Assembly: GCA_913009315.1 (NCBI GenBank) | Contig: CAJVZA010000002.1 | Coordinates: 1-59,096 of the forward strand | Direction of reading: 5' to 3' | DNA from: an uncultured Hippea sp. | GTDB taxonomy: Bacteria; Campylobacterota_A; Desulfurellia; JAADFJ01 | DNA length: 59,096 bases | Shown here: positions 15,377 through 23,646 of the stretch, piece after piece | Layout: every line of letters starts with the position of its first letter | Position numbering within the stretch: position 1 is the first letter of the stretch | Notes under the pieces: generated by a model | What the model was told of the DNA's origin: nothing | The model's input: the letters and a program-made list of their open reading frames with translations, nothing else | The model's database searches: none | Translations under genes and position numbers: made by a program

Positions 15377-16115
15377 TTTCTTTTTCCTCAGGCTTTTTTT
15401 TGTTTACAAGCTTTGCTATTACTATGCTTATTAAATATAAGACGATAAGAGGAACAGCCATCAGAAACTGTGAGAAGACATCCGGAGGAGTTAAAACAGC
15501 CGCAATAACAAATATTATAAGAATGGCATATGCAAAGTTTTTTATCATAAATTTATGATCTATTATTCCAAAAATTGCAAGAAAAAATGTTGCAACAGGC
15601 AGTTCAAAAACCAATCCAAATCCTAAGATCAGTTTCATTACAAGTGACAGATATGCTTTGATAGATGGAAGTGCCGTAAGCGATGAGCCCCCATAACTGA
15701 TGAGAAATCGAAATGCAATGGGGAAAACCGCAAAATATGCAAATGCGGCACCGGTAATAAACAGGATGGAAGAGGAGAGAACAAAAGGAATCACAAAGCG
15801 TTTTTCGAGTTTTTTTAGGCCGGGAGAAATAAATGCCCAAAGCTGATAAAAGTTGAAAGGGCTTACAAAAATCAACGCAGCGACAAGAGCTATCTCTATT
15901 CTGACCCAAAATGCCTCTGTGAGTCCGGTAAATATTATATGGCTTTTGGGCGGCAGGGCACTTAGGAGTGGAGCTATCACAAATTCAAGCAATTGAAGCG
16001 AAAAGTGGTAACATATAGCAGCGGCTATAAATGTTGCCGTCATCATGTAGATTATGCGTTTTCTTAGTTCGCCGAGGTGTTCAATAAAAGTAAGCTCTTT
16101 GTCTTTATCTTTCAT
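15366..16115 (-). CDS. tatC: twin-arginine translocase subunit TatC
   Basis: LTFIEHLGELRKRII start, six TM segments and LTPPDVFSQ are typical of TatC. Confidence 0.9.
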   Translation of the reverse strand: MKDKDKELTFIEHLGELRKRIIYMMTATFIAAAICYHFSLQLLEFVIAPLLSALPPKSHIIFTGLTEAFWVRIEIALVAALIFVSPFNFYQLWAFISPGLKKLEKRFVIPFVLSSSILFITGAAFAYFAVFPIAFRFLISYGGSSLTALPSIKAYLSLVMKLILGFGLVFELPVATFFLAIFGIIDHKFMIKNFAYAILIIFVIAAVLTPPDVFSQFLMAVPLIVLYLISIVIAKLVNKKKPEEKENDT

Positions 16116-16438
16116 GATTGTTTTTCTGAGGATTGCTGTTCTTTCTGCGGGTGTTCATCGTCGCCTTTTTCAGATTTCGGCTCAGTTGTATCGATATCAT
16201 CAAAATCTTCTATTTCCCCGAAGTAATCGGACAGCGATTCCTTCTCTTCATTGATGGTTTCTTTTGTATCATCGACAGCTTCATTGATGGAAGAGGTGAT
16301 CTCTGCTGAAGTTTTTCTTATATATTTATAGACTTTTGCAATGGTTTTTATTACTGTGGGAAGCTTTTTGGGTCCTATTACTACCAGGGCCACTAAAAGT
16401 ATCATCAGCAGCTCTCCGGTGCCTATTGAAGGGAACAT
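16112..16438 (-). CDS. tatA: TatA/TatB-family twin-arginine translocase subunit
   Basis: MFPSIGTGELLMILLVALVVIGPKKLP is the TatA/B N-terminal TM segment with the hinge FGP-like motif. The C-terminal tail is acidic. Confidence 0.8.
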   Translation of the reverse strand: MFPSIGTGELLMILLVALVVIGPKKLPTVIKTIAKVYKYIRKTSAEITSSINEAVDDTKETINEEKESLSDYFGEIEDFDDIDTTEPKSEKGDDEHPQKEQQSSEKQS

Positions 16439-18930
16439 TTATTATTCTCCGTCCAACTGATCAGGGTTCTTGCGCATAGTAATTTGGCCTTTTGCTGAGC
16501 GTCCAGCAACAGGCTGTTCGCATTCTTATATTCTTTCGAATTTGCTATACCGTAATGAAAATTTAGTTTTGAAAAGTGTCTAATCTCATCTATGGCGGAA
16601 ATGAGATCTGTGTAAGATTTATCGATGAAAACCAGTGAAATTTCCGTATATCCGGTACGTGCTGCAATATCTGAGTGCGCTTTAACGACTTTTGCCATAT
16701 TGGTCATTGCCTTTAAAGCATGGTTAAATGAATGATCTTGACGATACAGATCATAATCAAATAGAATCAAAACGGCAACGCTGAAACTGTTATTTTGTCT
16801 ATATAATGTTTCGATCTTTTTGATCAATCTGGCATTTCCGTACAGACCTGTCTCCCAATCAATGCCGAACATCTCTCTTCTAAAACATTCAATTTCAACA
16901 AATGCCGAAACTTTAGGATTACTCAATTGCTCCTTCCATGTGTTCGGCAGAACGGAAATTGCCTTAGCGGCTATCTTGCTGTCAAACTGGTATCCTGCCG
17001 CAGAGCCGATAATCTTTATTGCTTGCTCTACGGACATTCGATTTCTATAGGTTCGTTCGGATGTCAGGGCGTCAAAAACATCTGCAATGGCCAATATTTT
17101 TGATTCGACCGGAATAGTACTGCTTATTTTATTAGGATATCCTCTTCCGTCAACCCGTTCATGATGATATTTTATCCAGAGTGCAATATCGGCAAACTCA
17201 GGCAAAATTTTTAACAGTTTGTAGGCAACAACCGGATGATATTTTATTATGCCATATTCGTAATCACTTAACGAACCCGGTTTCATCAGTATTATATCAG
17301 GTATCGCGATTTTTCCTAAATCGTGAAGAAGTCCTGCCAATTCAATTTTATCGCATTTTTCAGCAGAATATCCAAGAGCCGACGCTATCTTTTTGCTATA
17401 AGCGGCCACTCTCCTTGAGTGACCGGATGTGTAGCTGTCGCGCACATCAATTGACAGCACAATCATTCTTATCAAACGACTCATAAAAGAGTTATTACGG
17501 TGCATTGCCGTTGATGCCCTACCGTAAAGTCTTAATATATTAACAATTTGAACGAAAAATAGAGGATCCCGATAGTGACTGTCAATTGCGATAAACAGGC
17601 CGCGCCACAACTGATAAAATGTTAGATTGTATTTAAGAAAACTTGAGTTGCTTATAATCTGATCGGAGTCGCAACTGAAGATTTTACCATTGGCTCTAAT
17701 CATTCGAACGCGATTTTTATATTTATAAAATAAATATAGTTTGCAATCTATAAATCCTGAAATCTCATCAAATATTTCATCTATTTTTATAAGGCTCTTT
17801 TGTGAGTCGTATGTTATGCTTTCCATTGCAGAAACGGTTTTATAAGAGATAGTTTCCAGAAAGACGGTTTTTTTCTGTTGTCTTTTGTATAATTTAGAGA
17901 TAAATTTTTGACTGCTCTTGAGTTTCCTATTGATTTTTGCAAAGCGGATGAAGAAAAAGGTAGTAAGTAAGATACCGAACAACGATATAATAATGCCTAT
18001 AGGAATTAGCTTTTTTGCAGTACTTCCAACTCTCTCGTAGATTTCGTTTTCCGGTGCAGATAGGGCAAGATAAAATAGTTTGCCGTCAATTCGGATCGGA
18101 TAAAAGCCGATTATGTAGCGCTCTTCGGTTTTATCTGATTTATAAAGCATGCTGAACGGTTTGTCTCTCTTGACAAATTTTGACAGCTGTCGTTTGAACG
18201 ATTTCCCGACATCCGATATATCATAAACAATTTTGTGATGCAAGCCGTTCTCTTTCGTAAAAACAATTTCCCCGTAAATGTCTGTCATAAATGCAGAGCC
18301 TTTCATGTCGGAGTCGGCGTTCATATTTTTCAAAAATTTTTCTGCAATCTGCTTTAAAGGCTCCTCATATATAATAGAAAAAAATCGCAGCCCGTTCAAA
18401 AATACGGTTTTTTTTATAACGCTGTAAGGAACTTTCACAACAGTTTTATTTTCCGTAAGTTCGGTTTTATAAACAATATGTGCACCTTCTTTGGGAGTGT
18501 ATTTGATGGTACTGTAGCTAAACTTGCCGTTTTTATATTCAACGATTCTATTATTTGCAAGCTGTACGAAAATTTTGTTGTAAGAGTGAGTACCTTGTAA
18601 ACGATTGAATTCGTCTATAATATAATTTTCGTTCGACAGTCCGTTTTCTGTAGTCATTCTAATCAGATGATTCAATCTGTTTTTAGAGTTAGACAGATAG
18701 TGCTTTATTCTTAAGGCAACGATTTTTGATCGCCAAACTTCTTCTCGCCGTACCTCTTTTGCGGCATTAATCTTGAAAGAATGCACAATGCTAAACATAA
18801 ATAATAAATAGAACAAAAATAAAAGCGCAGCTGATAGGATGAAGGATCGGGTGAATTTATTACGAAGTAGTTCTGAGATGCCATCAAATTTCATTTGCGA
18901 TACTATTACATATAAATTGTTCGGAATCAA
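16423..18930 (-). CDS. membrane sensor protein with an HD-GYP phosphodiesterase domain and a C-terminal degenerate GGDEF-like domain
   Basis: GHSRRVAAYSKKIA...LAGLLHDLGKIAIP...YHHERVDGRGYPN is HD-GYP. The tail has WETGLYGNARL...ARTGYTEISLVF where RxGGDEF is expected. An N-terminal TM segment, a periplasmic-type segment and a second TM segment precede these. The start is uncertain (18930 TTG or 18894 ATG). Confidence 0.8.
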   Translation of the reverse strand: MIPNNLYVIVSQMKFDGISELLRNKFTRSFILSAALLFLFYLLFMFSIVHSFKINAAKEVRREEVWRSKIVALRIKHYLSNSKNRLNHLIRMTTENGLSNENYIIDEFNRLQGTHSYNKIFVQLANNRIVEYKNGKFSYSTIKYTPKEGAHIVYKTELTENKTVVKVPYSVIKKTVFLNGLRFFSIIYEEPLKQIAEKFLKNMNADSDMKGSAFMTDIYGEIVFTKENGLHHKIVYDISDVGKSFKRQLSKFVKRDKPFSMLYKSDKTEERYIIGFYPIRIDGKLFYLALSAPENEIYERVGSTAKKLIPIGIIISLFGILLTTFFFIRFAKINRKLKSSQKFISKLYKRQQKKTVFLETISYKTVSAMESITYDSQKSLIKIDEIFDEISGFIDCKLYLFYKYKNRVRMIRANGKIFSCDSDQIISNSSFLKYNLTFYQLWRGLFIAIDSHYRDPLFFVQIVNILRLYGRASTAMHRNNSFMSRLIRMIVLSIDVRDSYTSGHSRRVAAYSKKIASALGYSAEKCDKIELAGLLHDLGKIAIPDIILMKPGSLSDYEYGIIKYHPVVAYKLLKILPEFADIALWIKYHHERVDGRGYPNKISSTIPVESKILAIADVFDALTSERTYRNRMSVEQAIKIIGSAAGYQFDSKIAAKAISVLPNTWKEQLSNPKVSAFVEIECFRREMFGIDWETGLYGNARLIKKIETLYRQNNSFSVAVLILFDYDLYRQDHSFNHALKAMTNMAKVVKAHSDIAARTGYTEISLVFIDKSYTDLISAIDEIRHFSKLNFHYGIANSKEYKNANSLLLDAQQKAKLLCARTLISWTENNKCSLQ

Positions 18931-18957
18931 GTGCAGGGCTTAAAGTTAAATGCTTGT

Positions 18958-19017
18958 AATGAGACCACTGTGCAATAAGCATATTCGCAGCTGCTTATTA
19001 TGCAGTGGTCTCATTAT
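18958..19017. mobile_element. minimal family-1 element: two TIRs back to back (hairpin)
   Basis: TAATGAGACCACTGTGCAATAAGCA, then a 9-nt spacer, then TGCTTATTATGCAGTGGTCTCATTAT. TA is present on both flanks. Confidence 0.8.
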
Positions 19018-19048
19018 ATAGAAGCGCCCTTAGCAGCAATTCGGACAG

Positions 19049-19077
19049 TTGACAAACAAATAATTATTTTGTAGAAT
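19049..19077 (+). promoter_or_regulatory. near-consensus sigma-70 promoter for the satP-like gene
   Basis: TTGACA (19049-54), a 17-nt spacer, then TAGAAT (19072-77). Confidence 0.6.
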
Positions 19078-19248
19078 GAAATCATAGTGTTGGGTGGCTA
19101 CAAAATCAATAACTTGTCTTGCGTAATACCTATAGTGGGTAAAGGTAAGTTAATGAAAGGAGGTGACAGACTTATTCACAAGGGCTGGGGGGCTAGTATT
19201 CTATAAATTTTTGAATCAAAAATTTTTTCTTAAACCGAAGGAGGATTT

Positions 19249-19803
19249 ATGTCTGAAAAGGTAGCTTATGCTAATCCTGGACCATTAGGGTTAGCCGGAT
19301 TTGCGTTGACAACTTTTGTGCTTAGTGTTCATAATGCCGGTTTGGTTCCAGCCGGAATTCACGCGATGGTGCCATTGGCACTGTTTTATGGCGGCCTGGC
19401 ACAGCTGATCGCCGGTGTTCTTGAGATGAAAACAGGTAATACATTCGGTCTTGTTGCATTCGTGTCATATGGAGCTTTCTGGATTGCATTGGCAACGCTT
19501 GTAGTTATGGGAGTTTATCTAAAAGTGATATCAGGAGCAGATTTTGGTGCGGCGCTCGGACTTACACTCCTATCGTGGACAATCTTTACCGCAATTATGA
19601 CAATAGTGGCGGTTAAGCACGGGCCATATCTTGGAACACTTTTTGTTTCACTTTTAGTGACTTTCATACTTTTGGTGATCGGCCATTATTCCGGAGCAGC
19701 GGCTATTACGCGCATAGGAGGCTGGTTGGGAATCTTTGTTGCAGGAGTTGCATGGTATATGGTGTGGCAGGGACTTGAAGCACAGCTTAAGGCTGCAAAA
19801 TAA
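19249..19803 (+). CDS. satP: GPR1/FUN34/YaaH-family acetate/succinate transporter
   Basis: ANPGPLGLAGFALTTFVLSVHNAG and six TM segments form the family signature (NPAPLGL-like). Confidence 0.85.
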   Translation: MSEKVAYANPGPLGLAGFALTTFVLSVHNAGLVPAGIHAMVPLALFYGGLAQLIAGVLEMKTGNTFGLVAFVSYGAFWIALATLVVMGVYLKVISGADFGAALGLTLLSWTIFTAIMTIVAVKHGPYLGTLFVSLLVTFILLVIGHYSGAAAITRIGGWLGIFVAGVAWYMVWQGLEAQLKAAK

Positions 19804-19845
19804 TATAAATCGATTAAAGGTCGCTTTATAGCGGTCCAAACAAAA

Positions 19846-19873
19846 AAAGACGGAGTAAAATCCGTCTTTTTTT
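19846..19873 (+). terminator. rho-independent terminator (bidirectional shape)
   Basis: AAAGACGGA, loop GTAAAA, TCCGTCTTT, followed by a T run and preceded by an A run. It lies 43 nt after the satP stop. Confidence 0.8.
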
Positions 19874-19943
19874 GTTTAATCCTATTGATATTAGGAAAAA
19901 CTTTTCTATTATAGTTTACAGCTAATTAAGCGGGGAGCAGCCT

Positions 19944-20486
19944 ATGAAAATGTCTGAGAAGGTTAAAATGTTAAGAAAACGAAAAGGAATGACTTTAAAA
20001 ATGCTTGCCAAAAATGTGGGATGCACTGATGCATATTTGTCTCAAATAGAGACAGGGAAAGCCGTTCCATCGATAACGATTTTGCAAAAGCTTGCAAATG
20101 CGCTCGAAACGAATGTAAGATCAATTTTGAGTGATGCAAAAGATGTTGAACCTGTTGTAATGAAAAAAAACGAAAGAGTCAAGATTCTTTATCCGGAAAG
20201 TAATGTTTCAGCTGAGCTTTTGGTAAAAAAAATTACCGAAAAGCAGATGGAACCGTTATTCAAAGTGATACCGGCCCATTCGGAAACTCATGGGGTACAC
20301 AGACATGAAGGCGAAGAGTTCGGCTATGTGCTGAAGGGTGAGTTAGTGCTTAAACTGGCCGACAAAAGCTATATAGTAAAGGAAGGCGACAGCTTCTATT
20401 TTCGTGCTGTTGTGCCGCATAGCTACAAGAATACACAGGACATTGACTGTGAAACAATCTGGGTGGTTGCGCCTCCGGTTCTTTGA
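19944..20486 (+). CDS. XRE-family HTH transcriptional regulator with a C-terminal cupin domain
   Basis: LRKRKGMTLKMLAKNVGCTDAYLSQIETGKAVPSITILQKLANAL is the HTH_3 domain. HRHEGEEFGYVLKGEL...GDSFYF....PH is the cupin domain. Confidence 0.85.
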   Translation: MKMSEKVKMLRKRKGMTLKMLAKNVGCTDAYLSQIETGKAVPSITILQKLANALETNVRSILSDAKDVEPVVMKKNERVKILYPESNVSAELLVKKITEKQMEPLFKVIPAHSETHGVHRHEGEEFGYVLKGELVLKLADKSYIVKEGDSFYFRAVVPHSYKNTQDIDCETIWVVAPPVL

Positions 20487-20549
20487 TTCTAAAGAACTTG
20501 CTTTTCATCTAAAGCTTTCCTCTTATCGTTGAGACTTGTCTTAGAATTT

Positions 20550-20574
20550 GTTTACTGTGCAGCGGTCTCATTAT
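20550..20574 (-). repeat. solo family-1 TIR
   Basis: GTTTACTGTGCAGCGGTCTCATTAT, followed by TA. Confidence 0.6.
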
Positions 20575-20625
20575 CGACCCGATCCGAATACATTCTACAT
20601 TCCAAGGCAATATTGCTTGCTGTTC

Positions 20626-21528
20626 CTATGCATCTTTTAAGCTATTTTCAATATAATCAAACAATTTACTGTCCTGAGCATCAAAAAAGGCTACATTTTT
20701 TTCTTTTTTCAGCCATGTCGCCTGTCGTTTTGCGTATTGAAGGCTTTCTCTTATTGTTTCTTCTGCGGCTTCACTTATGCTCAAAGTTCCATTTATTGCC
20801 GAGAGAGCCTGTCTGTATCCAATTGAATAAAGCGGCTTAATGTCTGTGCCGTATTTTTTGATAATTGTTCTTGTTTCGTCAAGAAGACCTGAGGAGAACA
20901 TCTGTCGAACCCGTTCAGTCATAGCATCTTTTAATGCCTTCTTGTCAACAAGAATTCCAATTTTGATTGGGCTGAATGCAGGAGGTGCAGTTTTTTTGAA
21001 AGCTTTTATCGATTTGCCGCAAGTCAGATAAACCGAGAGCGCTTTTTCAAGTCGATAGGTGTCATTAGATGACAATTCTTCAGCTCTTTGCGGATCGCAC
21101 AAACTGACAAGCCGGTACAGCTTATCTTTTTTCCCTCTATATGCTGATTTTATAAATTGATTTATCCAGTAAGGGATTTCAATAGTGCCATCTATTCCGT
21201 TTATGAGTGCCCTTATATAGAAATTTGTTCCTCCGACAACAATCGGCAGGTTTTTTCTCTTAAGAATTTTGTCTATAATCATCTGTGCTTCTTCTGCAAA
21301 TTCTGCCGCAGAGTATTCCTGACCGGGTTCTCTGATATCCAGCATATGATGAATTGCAGTTCTTTTGTTTTTAGGGATTTTTGCGCTCCCGATATCAAAT
21401 CCTTTATAGATTTGAACTGAGTCGGCCGATATGATTTCTCCTGAAAACCGCTTGGCAATCTTTATCGCCAGAGCACTTTTTCCGGACGCAGTTTGACCAT
21501 AAATAACTACAATTTTATTTTTTTTCAA
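20626..21528 (-). CDS. miaA: tRNA dimethylallyltransferase
   Basis: IVVIYGQTASGKSALAIKIAK (P-loop), ISADSVQIYKGFDIGSAK and VGGTNFYIRAL. TTG start. Confidence 0.92.
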   Translation of the reverse strand: MKKNKIVVIYGQTASGKSALAIKIAKRFSGEIISADSVQIYKGFDIGSAKIPKNKRTAIHHMLDIREPGQEYSAAEFAEEAQMIIDKILKRKNLPIVVGGTNFYIRALINGIDGTIEIPYWINQFIKSAYRGKKDKLYRLVSLCDPQRAEELSSNDTYRLEKALSVYLTCGKSIKAFKKTAPPAFSPIKIGILVDKKALKDAMTERVRQMFSSGLLDETRTIIKKYGTDIKPLYSIGYRQALSAINGTLSISEAAEETIRESLQYAKRQATWLKKEKNVAFFDAQDSKLFDYIENSLKDA

Positions 21529-22278
21529 TCAGGCACTCTTCCAATAGTTATTGATGTAGCCTTCCCAGAATTTTGCTGTTTTAAGAGGTTTGCTTATATG
21601 CATAAGAAGTATTTTATACATTGTAGCAACGATCATTTTTTCGACATCAGGTGAGAGGTGCACGCTTTGAACCTTTTCTAATTTTATCGATTTAAAATAA
21701 AAAATGGGATTTGAAATTGATGGCGCTATATCAAAATCTGTTTTATCCGAACATTCTTTATGCATAAATCCATTTTTCCCGCAAATGGATACATCGTTTA
21801 AAGGAGATCCGCAGATAGAGCATATCTTATCCGCAAGCAGCCCGTTGTGGCTTAAAATTTTTATAAAAAAGAAGGCAAACATCATAGGATTTATACTGTT
21901 TTCCATATTCTTTAAAAATTTTCTTAAAAAAAGCCAGAATTCAGGAGCAGGGTCGCCTCTTTTGAAAAAATATCCTACGATTTCGGAAATAAAAAATGCA
22001 AGATTGAGTTTGAGAAAATCTGAATGAATATTTTTGAATGAATCGACTATATTGGCTTCTTTTGCAACAACAGATATTCTGCCCTCTTTTGATGATACCC
22101 AAAATTTTGATTCATTTATCGGTTCGGCTGCTTCCCCAAACCTGTTTTTTATTCTTGAGGCGCCTCTTGCGGTACATAAAAGTCTGCCATGATTATAGCT
22201 AAACAGGTCAAGAAGTCTGTCGGTTTCGCCAATTTTTATAGAGTTGAGTGTTATTGCATGAATTAGATGTATTTTCAA
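21529..22278 (-). CDS. recO: DNA repair protein RecO
   Basis: An N-terminal OB-fold-like region (IKIGETDRLLDLFSYNHGRLLCTARGA) and a Cys-rich Zn motif (CSICGSPL...C..KEC). TTG start. Confidence 0.75.
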   Translation of the reverse strand: MKIHLIHAITLNSIKIGETDRLLDLFSYNHGRLLCTARGASRIKNRFGEAAEPINESKFWVSSKEGRISVVAKEANIVDSFKNIHSDFLKLNLAFFISEIVGYFFKRGDPAPEFWLFLRKFLKNMENSINPMMFAFFFIKILSHNGLLADKICSICGSPLNDVSICGKNGFMHKECSDKTDFDIAPSISNPIFYFKSIKLEKVQSVHLSPDVEKMIVATMYKILLMHISKPLKTAKFWEGYINNYWKSA

Positions 22279-22464
22279 TTAAAAGTACTGCTATTAATTC
22301 TAAGCGTTTCAAATTGAGAATCCAAATCTGCCTGTCTGCGTGCGACGCACAGGCAGGTCTCATCAAGACGCAAATTGCATATAATAACGTGACAGTTACC
22401 AAAATTTGCAGCGTAGAAGAGGTTGATTTGGGACTCAAGATGATTGTTCATAGATTACTGAAGG

Positions 22465-23643
22465 TCATTCAAGATCATTTATAGATAGATACAGCCTTTT
22501 TGCTCTTATATGATCTTTTACATTATGAACCCTTATAATATCGGCTCCATGGCTAATGGCGGCAAAATTGGCTATCAGCGTTTGAGTTTCTCTATTTTTA
22601 ACATCATCCCCTGTTATTTCGCCTAAAAAGCTCTTTCGGGAAAGGCCTATAAGGATTAAAAATCCAAGCCGTTTTAGATTTTCGAGGTTATTTATTATGG
22701 CGAGATTGTCTGAAAGCCGTTTTCCGAATCCGATTCCCGGATCAACAATGATATTTTCATGTCTGACGCCTTTATCAATAAGATAGGCTGCACGGCTCTG
22801 CAGATATTGGGTAATTTCAGTTACTGTATCATTGTAATATGGAGCCCTCTGCATATTTTCAGGAGTTCCTTTTGCATGCATAATGATAATAGGTATATTA
22901 TTTTCCGCCGCAAATTCTGCTGTTTTTTCTTCACCTGCCGCGCTTATATCGTTTATTATGCCGGCTCCGGCTTTAACTGCTGCTTCTATAACGCTGCATT
23001 TTCTTGCATCAATTGATATCGGTATGTCAGATTCAGCTCTTATTGCTTCAATTACGGGCACGACGCGTTTTATTTGTTCTGCTTCTGAGATTTCCAGTGA
23101 ACCCGGCCTTGTGGATTCTCCGCCTATATCGATAATATCAGCTTCGTCGGCTATCATCTTTCTTGCGTGAGCTACCGCATCTGAAGGCTTAAAAAACTCT
23201 CCGCCATCGGAGAATGAATCGGGTGTTACGTTGAGAATACCCATGATTGCAGGTCTTCGCATCTTCTGATTTATGGATTGAAGGGAAGGAGGATTTTCAA
23301 CAGAACTTATGAACTGCTTGATCTCAGATGAGATCTTGCGTAAAACAGATGTTTGCCTTCCTGCGCTTTTGGTAAAATATTCAAGCTGCCGCAGTGTTCC
23401 GAAAAGAAGAACATCGGAGTATTTTACACTGCAGTCTATAACTCCTTTTGCGCATGCTGCATCTGCTCCTGCTGAGAGCATTAGTTGTTTGATGATATTT
23501 GCATCCCTGCTTTTTATCTTTTTTAACAGCACTGCGTATGTTTTTGCTTTTGGTGCCATAAGTTTGACAGAGGCGGCATCTGTACCAACATCCGCTATCA
23601 TCTTTTTTATTTTGCTGTAATCGTTTATCTGGAAGAAGTTCAT
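22465..23643 (-). CDS. folP: dihydropteroate synthase with a ~130-aa N-terminal extension
   Basis: The DHPS core starts at IMGILNVTPDSFSDGG and includes DIGGESTRPG and LIGLSRKSF. The first ~130 aa have no DHPS similarity. Confidence 0.88.
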   Translation of the reverse strand: MNFFQINDYSKIKKMIADVGTDAASVKLMAPKAKTYAVLLKKIKSRDANIIKQLMLSAGADAACAKGVIDCSVKYSDVLLFGTLRQLEYFTKSAGRQTSVLRKISSEIKQFISSVENPPSLQSINQKMRRPAIMGILNVTPDSFSDGGEFFKPSDAVAHARKMIADEADIIDIGGESTRPGSLEISEAEQIKRVVPVIEAIRAESDIPISIDARKCSVIEAAVKAGAGIINDISAAGEEKTAEFAAENNIPIIIMHAKGTPENMQRAPYYNDTVTEITQYLQSRAAYLIDKGVRHENIIVDPGIGFGKRLSDNLAIINNLENLKRLGFLILIGLSRKSFLGEITGDDVKNRETQTLIANFAAISHGADIIRVHNVKDHIRAKRLYLSINDLE

Positions 23644-23646
23644 TTA

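Noticed and set aside
19081-19110. Sigma-54 promoter-like TGGC...(N)...motif upstream of satP (GGGTGGCTACAAAATCAAT)
   Set aside because: The -12 element TTGC is missing at the correct spacing, and a near-perfect sigma-70 promoter sits 30 nt upstream.
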